In this document: piece after piece, positions 9,568 to 18,752 of the stretch
Position numbering within the stretch: the stretch's first letter is position 1
How the letters are laid out: every line of letters begins with the position of its first letter
From: a bacterium
Lineage (GTDB): Bacteria > DRYD01
DNA: 64,000 nt
NCBI GenBank assembly: GCA_039630415.1
Contig: JBCNVB010000013.1
Coordinates: 174,492 to 238,491 of the forward strand
Direction of reading: 5' to 3'
Notes under the pieces: model-generated
What the model saw: only the letters and a program-made list of their open reading frames with translations
Database searches by the model: none
Told to the model about the DNA's origin: nothing
Translations under genes and position numbers: made by a program

Positions 9568-10218
9568 GTGATAATAATCATTCCCCTTCTTTTACTTATA
9601 CTTGTAATAGTATCGTATTTTATACCGGGAGTGACTTTTAATTTATTGTGGGTATATTTAGTAATAGCTCTTGGTGCTACAGGTTTACTTATTTTTTTGT
9701 TTTTTTTAGGTATGTTGGATTTAGGTGGAGATGGGGATGTTCATTCAGTAGCTGATCATCATTCGGTGCATCACGATACTTCAGGAGCTGACCATGGAGG
9801 TGGATTGCCGCTATTTGTTACTTCTCCTTCCGCGGTACTTATCTTGTCTGCTTTGTTCGGAGGATTTGGGTTAATCAGTCATAGTATACTGTTTTTTCTA
9901 CCTTCAAGGGTTAAAGATCTGGTGTCTATTTTTGTTTCTACTTTCCTATCTTTGTTCATATATGCTTATGTAGTAAAAGTGGTTTTGTCTTTTCTCAAAA
10001 CTAGTAGTATTGTAAAGAGTGGATCTTATTATGAAGGTAAGGAAGCAGAGGTTTTATATGATATACCTGAAGATGGATTCGGGAAAGTAAACGTAAAAAC
10101 TGAGGATAAAATAGAACAGTTACTAGCTAAAAGTGAGGATGGGTCTAGAATACCTGCTGGACAAATTGTAAGAATAAAAAAACATATGGGTACTTTTGTT
10201 ATAGTTGAAAAAATATAG
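9568..10218 (+). CDS. NfeD/YqiJ-like membrane protein with C-terminal OB fold
   Basis: Hydrophobic helices, a His/Asp-rich loop, FGGFG, and C-terminal G.EAEV..DIP.DG.GKV...IPAG..V.I. Confidence 0.75.
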   Translation: MIIIIPLLLLILVIVSYFIPGVTFNLLWVYLVIALGATGLLIFLFFLGMLDLGGDGDVHSVADHHSVHHDTSGADHGGGLPLFVTSPSAVLILSALFGGFGLISHSILFFLPSRVKDLVSIFVSTFLSLFIYAYVVKVVLSFLKTSSIVKSGSYYEGKEAEVLYDIPEDGFGKVNVKTEDKIEQLLAKSEDGSRIPAGQIVRIKKHMGTFVIVEKI

Positions 10219-10230
10219 GGAGGGTATAAG

Positions 10231-11352
10231 ATGATAAAGAGGAGAATATCTAGGATAGTAAGGATAGGAGATATTGTTATTGGTGGTGGAAATCCAGTAG
10301 TTGTTCAAAGTATGGTTAAATGTCCAACTACCAATGTGGAGGAGGTTATTAGGCAGTTAAATATTGCTAAGCAAGCTGGAGCTAGGGTAATGAGAATAGC
10401 CGTGCCAGATAAGGAAGCAGCATATGCTTTGAAAAAGATAGTTCCAAATTCTCCTGTTCCTTTGGTGGCCGATATACATTTTGATTATAGACTAGCTTTG
10501 ATGTCAATTGAAGCAGGTATACATGCTCTTAGACTAAATCCGGGAAATATACTTGATTCACCCCAGGGAAACCTATCGAGATATGATAAACTTGAGCAAG
10601 TTGTAAAGGCTGCGAAAAACGCTCAAATACCCATTAGAATAGGTGTTAATAGTGGTTCTCTTCATCCAAAATATCTTGAAAAGTACGGCTATCCTACTTA
10701 TGAAGCTTTGGTTGAGTGTGCTATTGATGAAGTAAGAATATTAGAGAACATGGGATTCTATGATATAAAAATATCCGTTAAAAGTAGTAATGTAGAGGAT
10801 ATGATATCAGCTTACATGATGTTAGCTGAAAAAGTGCCTTATGCTTTGCATTTGGGAGTTACAGAATCTGGTAGTGGATTGAGTGGATATGTTAAGAGTT
10901 CTATTGGTATTGGTACTTTACTTTACCACGGAATAGGAGATACTATAAGGGTTTCATTGACTTCTAGTGTAGAGGAGGAGATAAAATTAGGGTATGAAAT
11001 ATTAAAGGCTTTGGGGTATGAAAAGAGAGGAGTAGAGTTAATTAGTTGTCCTACCTGTGGAAGAATTGAGGTTGATCTGTTTGATTTAGTAGAGAAGGTC
11101 AAGAAAGAGGTGGAAAGTGTACAAGAGAATATAACAGTTGCAGTTATGGGTTGTGTAGTTAATGGTCCTGGTGAGGCAAGAAAGGCAGACATAGCTGTGG
11201 TAGGTGGAAAAGGTAAAGGAATAATTTATCGAAAGGGAAAAATGATTAAAGTTGCTCCTGAAGATAAACTGATAGATGCCTTTAAAGAAGTCCTCCAACA
11301 AGTGGTAAATGAGAAAGCAAATCAAAAGGTGGAAGTAGGTGAGAGTTCATGA
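10231..11352 (+). CDS. ispG: 4-hydroxy-3-methylbut-2-en-1-yl diphosphate synthase
   Basis: VQSM, ADIHFDY, RLNPGNI, RIGVNSGS, HLGVTE, GDTIRVSL, SCPTCGR and GCVVNGPGE. Confidence 0.97.
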   Translation: MIKRRISRIVRIGDIVIGGGNPVVVQSMVKCPTTNVEEVIRQLNIAKQAGARVMRIAVPDKEAAYALKKIVPNSPVPLVADIHFDYRLALMSIEAGIHALRLNPGNILDSPQGNLSRYDKLEQVVKAAKNAQIPIRIGVNSGSLHPKYLEKYGYPTYEALVECAIDEVRILENMGFYDIKISVKSSNVEDMISAYMMLAEKVPYALHLGVTESGSGLSGYVKSSIGIGTLLYHGIGDTIRVSLTSSVEEEIKLGYEILKALGYEKRGVELISCPTCGRIEVDLFDLVEKVKKEVESVQENITVAVMGCVVNGPGEARKADIAVVGGKGKGIIYRKGKMIKVAPEDKLIDAFKEVLQQVVNEKANQKVEVGESS

Positions 11353-11645
11353 GTTATCTGGGATTGATAAGTATCACCCCGATTGGAAGTAAGGAAAGTG
11401 TTTCTTCTGATGTAGCTAAAGCTGTAAAGATACTTTCTGAAAACAAGATCAACTATCAGTTAACCTCTATGGGAACTATAATTGAAACTGAAGATCTTGA
11501 TCAACTGCTAGATTTGGTTAAAAAGATGATAGCTAAAGTAGAAGAAGATAACAATAGGGTTAGTGTAATTTTGAAAATTGACTGTAGGAAAGGGCATAGC
11601 AACAGAATGAAATCAAAAGTTGAAAGTGTTCTTCAGAAATTGTAG
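11349..11645 (+). CDS. MTH1187/YkoF-family thiamine-binding protein
   Basis: SITPIG..SVS..VA, YQLTSMGT.IE and LKID.R pattern; 98 aa. Confidence 0.85.
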   Translation: MSYLGLISITPIGSKESVSSDVAKAVKILSENKINYQLTSMGTIIETEDLDQLLDLVKKMIAKVEEDNNRVSVILKIDCRKGHSNRMKSKVESVLQKL

Positions 11646-11654
11646 TATGATATA

Positions 11655-14552
11655 ATGTTAGTCAGAATATATAATTTTGCAAGGAATTACAACCTAGATA
11701 TTGTCTTTTTTTATACGGTTTTGGTTTTAATCTTTTTCACACCTATTGGTGGGAAAGTGATAGGTTGTGCTGATACGTTTAATCAGTATTTACCGTTGAG
11801 AGTTTTTTACAGTAATTGTTTAAGAAGTGGTGATTTCCCGTTGTGGTATCCTTATCAGGGATTAGGTTTGCCTTTTTTAGGTATAGTACAGGCTAGTGGG
11901 TTGTATCCAATTAATATTGTTTTATTTAAGTTTCTTGATCCTTATTTTGCTTACAACTTAGGTGTTTACATTCATTTTATTATGGCTCAATTTTTTGGAT
12001 TTCTGTATGCTGACTATATTTATAGAAAGATAGGATTAGGTAGGTTATATTCTTTTCTTAGTGGATTTTTGTTTGGTTTAAGTGGTTTGATTATATCACA
12101 TTGTGATTTTGTACCTTTTCAAAACTCTATTCCTTATCTTCCGTTGAGTTTACTGTTTTTGCACTTAATTATAGATGAATGGAATAAATATTGGAGTAGT
12201 ACGGGATATGGTAAGTTAAGATTATTTTTATGGTTTATGGGGTTGAGTATAAGTTTGGGGTATCAATTTTTGGCCGGATATCCACAAGCTTTTCTGTATA
12301 CTCTTATATTCCTTTTTTTATTTACTTTATTGATGAATTATCGTTTTATTTTAGTGGTTTTAGCTGCAATAGTGTTTAGTTTCCCTTTGACTTTTATTTT
12401 TTTATATGAGTCATTTTCTTTATCTAAAGGATCGATAAGGGATTATATATATTTTGAGACCTATAATCAGGGTAGTTTTCCTTTATATGGTTTACTTAAT
12501 CAGGTTTTACCTTTTATATATGGTGGTAGTATTAGCAATCCGAGTTATTATGGGCCTTCTACGGGTACTTTGCCTATGGAATTTTTCTTTTATATTTCTG
12601 TTTTTGCTCTTCCCTTAACAGTTTTTGCCTATATTAAGATATTTTCCAATCCTGAATTAAGAAGAAATTTATCTATTTACTGCATATTGGGAATTATTTG
12701 TTTTGTTTTAGCTATGGGGAAGTATAATTTGATTTTACATTATTTAATGTTTGATTTGCCTATTTATTCGAAGGTAAGGATAGTTGCTAGGCATTTTATG
12801 GAGATTGGTTTTATTCAAGCTCTAGTTATACCTGTTGGAATATACTTTATTTTAAATGGGTATACTCAGTTTATTAGATTTATCAAGGTTGCTTTCTTTA
12901 CTTATTTGTTTGTGGTTTTAGTTTCAATAGGTTTTTTGATAAATCCCGAGATTGGTAGTAAGATTTCTAAGTTGAGTGTCAAGAGTTATGATCTTTATTT
13001 TCCACTAGTTTTTGGTTTGCTTTTTTTATGTTCATTGCTTATATACCATTTTCAGAGATATATTAGATTTATCAAAGTAGACAAAACGGAGATTATTTTG
13101 GTAATGGTTATTATATTTTTTGTTGAGAGTTGGTTTGTTTTTTATAATTTATATCCATCGTATACTGGTAGTTGGTGGTCAAGAAGGGAAAACCTACAAA
13201 AATACTTGGAATACTTTTCCAAGTTTGATAAGGAATACAGAGTTTGTTATTTTACTGGGTTTCCGATAATATTTTCTGGAGTTGTTGAACAAAGAATGCT
13301 TAACTATTATGAACCAGTTATACCTTTTAGTTTAGTTGAATTTTTCAAAGTGTGGACTAATGGCTCTTTTATTTATCCAAACGATTATTTGTATATTCTT
13401 AACAATGCTATTATTAGTAAATTCTCAGTGAAATACTTGCTTATCAATAAAGAATTTAGAACTAAATACCGTAAGGTTATTGATGTTGGTTCTCTTAGGT
13501 TAGTTAATTGGGAATCTTTAAAAAAGGAAACTAAAAGGTCTATGTTTTCAGATTTTGATAGTTTACTTAAATTTTCAAAAGATTTGGAATTTGATTCTAA
13601 AAATCAAACTATTGTGTTATCAACTAAATCTAAGTTAACTGTTAGATTTAGTAATAATATGTTTAACAGAGTTATAATGGTTTGTTTCAAAGCTAATGTT
13701 AGTAAGATGAGCTTTTTGTATAGGTATAGGAGATTGGCCTTTGAATTAACAGATGGCTTAGGTATAGAGATTAGAGATTCTAAAGATAGGAAAATAGGGT
13801 ACTATTTCTTGAACGATTATTATATTCCGAATGTTGATTTTAAAAAATTCTGTATTCCCTTTATTTGTGAAATAGATGATTACAATGATTTAGTAGATTT
13901 ATATGTTGATATTTATGCTGTTAATAGCTATGGTAGGAAGTATGGGATAAAGGATTTGGAGATATATAGTTTCCCTTTAAAGGTTCCTACCTATAATTTA
14001 GCTACTGATAAAGAATTTATGGGAAGGGCTTATTTATATGATACTGGATTTATGAATTACGATTTGTACATTAATCCTCAGGCTTTACCACTAATTTTTG
14101 TACCTGATGGAATTCATTTTGTAAAGAGTGCTGATGAGATAAAGTATGGTATATTGACTTTAAGGTATGGTATAAAAGACATAGCAATTATGGAAAGTGA
14201 CAGGAGTATGTTTGAGGGAAGAAAATTTAGTAGACCTACTGTTAAGATATTGAAAGATTCATGGAATTATGTGGAGTTTTATTATAAGAATGATGGAGAT
14301 GGGATAGTTGTGTTTAATGATTTGTATTATAGGGGTTGGAGAGCTAATTTTAATGGTAATGAGGTTAAAATTTTTAGGGCTAATGGATTAGTTAAGGGTT
14401 TATTGATAGGTAGTGGAGAAGGTGTTGTAAGAATTTATTATGAACCTTTCCCGAGAATTTTGTTGTGGTTAAATATTCTGTTTATTTTTGGTTATCTATT
14501 TTTGTGGGTTGTACTCTTTCTGCGCTTGCACAATAACAAAAATAATAATTGA
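11655..14552 (+). CDS. YfhO-family polytopic (GT-C type) membrane protein, copy 1
   Basis: D...QYLP, PLWYPYQGLGLPF, LYP, LAGYPQ, many TM helices, C-terminal YYRGWRA...RANG. Confidence 0.85.
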   Translation: MLVRIYNFARNYNLDIVFFYTVLVLIFFTPIGGKVIGCADTFNQYLPLRVFYSNCLRSGDFPLWYPYQGLGLPFLGIVQASGLYPINIVLFKFLDPYFAYNLGVYIHFIMAQFFGFLYADYIYRKIGLGRLYSFLSGFLFGLSGLIISHCDFVPFQNSIPYLPLSLLFLHLIIDEWNKYWSSTGYGKLRLFLWFMGLSISLGYQFLAGYPQAFLYTLIFLFLFTLLMNYRFILVVLAAIVFSFPLTFIFLYESFSLSKGSIRDYIYFETYNQGSFPLYGLLNQVLPFIYGGSISNPSYYGPSTGTLPMEFFFYISVFALPLTVFAYIKIFSNPELRRNLSIYCILGIICFVLAMGKYNLILHYLMFDLPIYSKVRIVARHFMEIGFIQALVIPVGIYFILNGYTQFIRFIKVAFFTYLFVVLVSIGFLINPEIGSKISKLSVKSYDLYFPLVFGLLFLCSLLIYHFQRYIRFIKVDKTEIILVMVIIFFVESWFVFYNLYPSYTGSWWSRRENLQKYLEYFSKFDKEYRVCYFTGFPIIFSGVVEQRMLNYYEPVIPFSLVEFFKVWTNGSFIYPNDYLYILNNAIISKFSVKYLLINKEFRTKYRKVIDVGSLRLVNWESLKKETKRSMFSDFDSLLKFSKDLEFDSKNQTIVLSTKSKLTVRFSNNMFNRVIMVCFKANVSKMSFLYRYRRLAFELTDGLGIEIRDSKDRKIGYYFLNDYYIPNVDFKKFCIPFICEIDDYNDLVDLYVDIYAVNSYGRKYGIKDLEIYSFPLKVPTYNLATDKEFMGRAYLYDTGFMNYDLYINPQALPLIFVPDGIHFVKSADEIKYGILTLRYGIKDIAIMESDRSMFEGRKFSRPTVKILKDSWNYVEFYYKNDGDGIVVFNDLYYRGWRANFNGNEVKIFRANGLVKGLLIGSGEGVVRIYYEPFPRILLWLNILFIFGYLFLWVVLFLRLHNNKNNN

Positions 14553-14569
14553 TATAAACAAGCATCTCT

Positions 14570-17479
14570 ATGTTGAGTAGAATTTGTTATTTTGTTAGAA
14601 AATACAACATAGATATTTTACTTCTTTATTCAATTTTGGTTTTAATTTTTTTTGTACCTATTAAAGATAAGGTAATAGGATGTGTTGATACATTTAATCA
14701 GTTTTTACCCTTGAGGATTTTTTATAGTAACTGCTTGAAAAGTGGTGATTTCCCTTTATGGTATCCTTATCAAGGATTAGGCTTACCTTTTTTAGGTATA
14801 CTACAAGCTAGTGGATTGTATCCAATTAATATTATATTGTTTAAATTTTTTGATCCCTATTGGGCGTATAACCTAGGTATTTATATTCATTTCATTATGG
14901 TACAATTTTTTGGATTTTTGTATGCTAATTATGTTTATAGAAAAATAGGTTTGGATAGGTTATACTCATTCCTTAGTGGTTTTTTATTCGGATTAACTGG
15001 TATAGTTATATCTCATTGTGATTTTGTTCCTTTTCAAAACTCTGTAGTTTATCTTCCGTTAAGTTTATTATTCCTACATTTGATTATAGATGAGTGGGGT
15101 AAATATAGGGGGACAAAATATGGAAAGATAAGGTTGTTTATATGGTTTATGGGATTAAGTATAAGTTTGGGATATCAACTTTTGGCTGGCTATCCACAAG
15201 CCTTTGTGTATACCCTTATACTCCTTTTTTTGTTTACTTTACTAATGAATTTTCGTTTCATTCTAGTACTTATTAGTGCTATGGTATTTAATTTACCTTT
15301 GACGTTTATTTTTCTATATGAAGCATGGACTCTATTGAATGGTTCGATTAGAGATTACATTAGGTTTGAAATATATAATCAGGGTGGTTTCCCATTGTAC
15401 GGATTACTTAATCAAGTTTTACCTTTTATATATGGTGGGAGTGTGAATAATCCAGACTATTATGGGCCTCTTACTGGAACTATACCTATGGAATTCTTCT
15501 TCTACATTTCTTTTTTTGCACTTCCATTGACTGTTTTTGCCTATATTAAAATATTTTCCAATCCTAAATTAAGGAGAGAAATGGCTATTTACTGCATACT
15601 AGGAATTGTTTGTTTTGTTTTAGCTATGGGTAAGTATAATTTGATTTTACATCATATAATGTTTGACTTACCTGTTTATTCAAAGATGAGGTTAGCAGCT
15701 AGGCATTTTATGGAGATCTGTTTTGTTCAATCTTTAGTTATTCCTATCGGGATATACTTTATTTTGAGTGGGTACACACAACTTATTAGATTTATTAAGG
15801 TTGCTTTTTTTACTTATCTGTTTATCATTTTAGTTTCCATAGGTTTTTTAATAAACCCTGAGATTAGTAGTAAGATTTCTAAGTTAAGTATTAAAAGTTA
15901 CGACCTTTACTTTCCCTTGGTTTTGGGCCTACTTTTTATATGTTCATTACTTGTATACTACTTCCAGCGATATGTTAGATTTGTCAAAGTTAATAAAACG
16001 CAGATTATTTTAGTTTTAGTTATTATATTTTTCGCTGAGAGTTTGTTTGTTTTTTATAATTTGTATCCTTCGTATACTAACAATGGTTGGGCTAAAAAGG
16101 AAAACATACGAAAATACTTAGAGTACATCTCCAAGCTTGATAAGCAGTACAGAGTTTGTTATTTTACCGGATTTTCAGTGCTCTTTCCAGGAGTTGCTGG
16201 ACAAAGAATGCTTAATCATTATGACCCTATTATACCTTTTAGCTTAATTGAATTTTTTAATATATGGACTAATGGCTTTTTTGTTTATCCGTATGATTAT
16301 TTCTATATCCTAACCAACGCCATTATAAGTAAACTCTCAGTAAAGTACATCTTTATTAACAAAGATTTTAGAAATAAATACAATAACTTTATCGATGTTG
16401 GATCTCTTAAGCTAGTTAATTTGGAATCTTTAAGAAGGGAAACTAAGAGACTTACATTTTCTAATTTTGAGAATTTAGCCAGACTTTCAAAAAATTTACA
16501 ATTTGATTCTAATAATCAAACTATTAAACTATTAACTGGTTCTAAGTTGACTGTTAGATTTAGTAGCAACTTGTATAACAGAGTTGTGATGGTTTGTTTC
16601 AAGGCTAACGTTAGTAGGATGAGTTTTTGGTATAGATACAGAAGATTAGCTTTTGAATTAACTGACGGGTTGGGTATAGAGATAAGGGACTCTAAGGATA
16701 AGAGAATTGGATATTATTTTTTGAATGATTACTATCTTCCAAACGTTGGTTTTAAGACATTTTGTATTCCTTTTATCTGTGGAACAGATAATTACGATGA
16801 TTTGAAGGGTTTATATGTCAATATTTATCCTATCGATAGTTATGGTAGGAGGTATGAGATAAAAGATTTGGAGGTATATATTTTTCCTATGAAAGTCCCC
16901 GCATACGATTTAGTTGCTAATAAAGAGTTTATGGGAAGAGCTTATTTATATGATAGTAGATTTATGGATTATGATTTGTATATTAATCCACAGGCATTGC
17001 CATTGATTTTTGTACCTGAGAAGATTCACTTTGCGAAGGGGATAGATGAGATAAAGTATGGTATACTGACATTAAAGTATGGTATGAGGGATGTAGTAGT
17101 CATGGATAGTGAAAGGTATATGTTTAAGGGTAGGAGATTGAGTAAGCCTAGTATAAAGATGTTGAAGGATTCGTGGAATTATGTTGAGTTTTATTATAAG
17201 AATGATGGTGAAGGTGTGGTGGTGTTTAACGATTTGTATTATAGGGGTTGGAAGGCTAAGTTTAATGGTAAAGAGGTTAAGATTTTTAGGGCTAATGGGT
17301 TGGTTAAGGGTTTATTGTTGGGTAGGGGTGAGGGTGTTGTAAGGGTTTATTATGAGCCTTTTCCGAAAGTTTTATTATGGTTAAATATTTTGTTTATTTT
17401 TGGTTATTTATTTTTGTGGGTTACACTCTTTTTGCGCCTGCGTAGTGTTGAGCCCAATAGCCTTCAGTCAAGCTACTGA
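14570..17479 (+). CDS. YfhO-family polytopic (GT-C type) membrane protein, copy 2 (tandem paralog)
   Basis: Colinear with copy 1 along its whole length, with the same motifs. Confidence 0.85.
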   Translation: MLSRICYFVRKYNIDILLLYSILVLIFFVPIKDKVIGCVDTFNQFLPLRIFYSNCLKSGDFPLWYPYQGLGLPFLGILQASGLYPINIILFKFFDPYWAYNLGIYIHFIMVQFFGFLYANYVYRKIGLDRLYSFLSGFLFGLTGIVISHCDFVPFQNSVVYLPLSLLFLHLIIDEWGKYRGTKYGKIRLFIWFMGLSISLGYQLLAGYPQAFVYTLILLFLFTLLMNFRFILVLISAMVFNLPLTFIFLYEAWTLLNGSIRDYIRFEIYNQGGFPLYGLLNQVLPFIYGGSVNNPDYYGPLTGTIPMEFFFYISFFALPLTVFAYIKIFSNPKLRREMAIYCILGIVCFVLAMGKYNLILHHIMFDLPVYSKMRLAARHFMEICFVQSLVIPIGIYFILSGYTQLIRFIKVAFFTYLFIILVSIGFLINPEISSKISKLSIKSYDLYFPLVLGLLFICSLLVYYFQRYVRFVKVNKTQIILVLVIIFFAESLFVFYNLYPSYTNNGWAKKENIRKYLEYISKLDKQYRVCYFTGFSVLFPGVAGQRMLNHYDPIIPFSLIEFFNIWTNGFFVYPYDYFYILTNAIISKLSVKYIFINKDFRNKYNNFIDVGSLKLVNLESLRRETKRLTFSNFENLARLSKNLQFDSNNQTIKLLTGSKLTVRFSSNLYNRVVMVCFKANVSRMSFWYRYRRLAFELTDGLGIEIRDSKDKRIGYYFLNDYYLPNVGFKTFCIPFICGTDNYDDLKGLYVNIYPIDSYGRRYEIKDLEVYIFPMKVPAYDLVANKEFMGRAYLYDSRFMDYDLYINPQALPLIFVPEKIHFAKGIDEIKYGILTLKYGMRDVVVMDSERYMFKGRRLSKPSIKMLKDSWNYVEFYYKNDGEGVVVFNDLYYRGWKAKFNGKEVKIFRANGLVKGLLLGRGEGVVRVYYEPFPKVLLWLNILFIFGYLFLWVTLFLRLRSVEPNSLQSSY

Positions 17480-18302
17480 TAATTACTCCTTTTCTGCTAT
17501 TTGCTGCGTGTACAAATTTACCGTTTCCTATGTATATTCCTACGTGTGATATACCTGATGTATAGGTGTTAGCGAAGAATACTAGATCACCGGGTTGAAG
17601 TTGATTACGGCTAACAGGCATTCCAACATTGTACTGTGCGTCTGCTGTTCTAGGTATTTTTCTACCTAGTTTTTTGAATATCCAGTATACAAGTCCCGAG
17701 CAGTCGAAGCAATGTGGTCCTGCAGCTCCGAAAACATAAGGTTTACCCACCTGTTGTAGGGCTAAATTAACTATAGCTGAAGAGCCTCCACCAACGAAAC
17801 CCATTTCGAAGGAAGGTCCTTCAACTTGATTCTGAGGACCGTATGTTGGGAAACCATTTGTTGGTGGAAATCCCAAAGTACTGGGAAAACCTCCAAAATT
17901 TGGAAGAGGAAGCGGCATAAATGGCCCATTAGGTAGTTGCATTATGTTAGGATTCAACGTACTTTGACCCTGATTCATAGAGCTCATCATTAACATTAAC
18001 ATCAACATTAGTAACATAATTAACATCTGGTTATTTATCTGGTTAAAATTGGCATGTTGGGCCATGTGGGGGAAGCCTAGTGAAAGTGGAGAAAAACTGC
18101 TAAAAGGAAAATTAAGTATATTTATGTTTATGTTTGTGATGTTTATGTTTTGAGTCATGTTTGTTAGACTTGATAGATTTAGTGAATCTGTTATTCCTGG
18201 TAAATTTTGATTAATATTCAGTGTTGATATATTAGCTGAGAATGTGGATATATTTTGTAGGTGTAGATTTGAGAAATTGTTTATTAAGTTAACTCCGAAC
18301 AT
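17421..18302 (-). CDS. NlpC/P60 (C40) peptidoglycan endopeptidase with low-complexity N-terminus
   Basis: GKPYVFGA, FDCSG, PRTA, GDLVFF, HVGIY and FVHA; GAGGTG RBS before the ATG at 18302. Confidence 0.9.
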   Translation of the reverse strand: MFGVNLINNFSNLHLQNISTFSANISTLNINQNLPGITDSLNLSSLTNMTQNINITNININILNFPFSSFSPLSLGFPHMAQHANFNQINNQMLIMLLMLMLMLMMSSMNQGQSTLNPNIMQLPNGPFMPLPLPNFGGFPSTLGFPPTNGFPTYGPQNQVEGPSFEMGFVGGGSSAIVNLALQQVGKPYVFGAAGPHCFDCSGLVYWIFKKLGRKIPRTADAQYNVGMPVSRNQLQPGDLVFFANTYTSGISHVGIYIGNGKFVHAANSRKGVIISSLTEGYWAQHYAGAKRV

Positions 18303-18354
18303 ATTGATCACCTCTATTTATGGATATTTATTTCCTCGAGCTGAGAGTAAATAT

Positions 18355-18380
18355 ATTTTTTGTAAAAAATGTAAAAAAAC
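18355..18380 (-). promoter_or_regulatory. Tandem TTTTACA motif, copy A
   Basis: Minus strand reads GTTTTTTTACATTTTTTACAAAAAA; similar to 31643 and 50194. Confidence 0.35.
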
Positions 18381-18457
18381 TATGAAAGTCATAAAATTTT
18401 ATGTTATGGAGGATAGGTGTGTATTATGGTAGAATAAGAGAAGTAGAGTAAAAGAGA

Positions 18458-18530
18458 GCCGAGGTAGCTCAGGAGGTAGAGCAGCGGACTGAAAATCCGT
18501 GTGTCCCCAGTTCGACTCTGGGCCTCGGCA
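18458..18530 (+). tRNA. tRNA-Phe (GAA), CCA not encoded
   Basis: GCCGAGG/CCTCGGC acceptor stem, TAGCTCAG D arm, CTGAAAA anticodon loop, GTTCGACTC T loop; TGGTAGAAT extended -10 at ~18427. Confidence 0.97.
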
Positions 18531-18539
18531 TATATCACC

Positions 18540-18752
18540 ATGTCTAGATTAGTTAGATTTTCTCAAAAAGAACCGTTACCTATAGAGTGTGGAGATAAGA
18601 AAATCTGGATTTGCATGTGTGGTCTTAGCGATAAATTCCCCTATTGCTCCGGAAAACATAAATACACAAAAGACGAAGAAGAAGACAAGGACTACGTATA
18701 TGATCAAAGTTATCAAAAAAAGCAGGTAGAAAAGATTATTTTTGTTGAGTAA
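18540..18752 (+). CDS. CDGSH-type [2Fe-2S] protein
   Basis: CMCGLSDKFPYCSGKH fits CxCxxSxxxPxCDGSH with D to S; ATG at 18540 (the track start at 18501 lies inside the tRNA). Confidence 0.88.
   Translation: MSRLVRFSQKEPLPIECGDKKIWICMCGLSDKFPYCSGKHKYTKDEEEDKDYVYDQSYQKKQVEKIIFVE

Noticed and set aside
18244-18432. 62-aa + strand ORF across the NlpC/tRNA intergenic region
   Set aside because: It overlaps the NlpC start and the promoter motifs and has no RBS or family signal.
18501-18539. N-terminal extension of the CDGSH ORF in the ORF track
   Set aside because: It lies largely inside tRNA-Phe; the ATG at 18540 gives the normal domain start.
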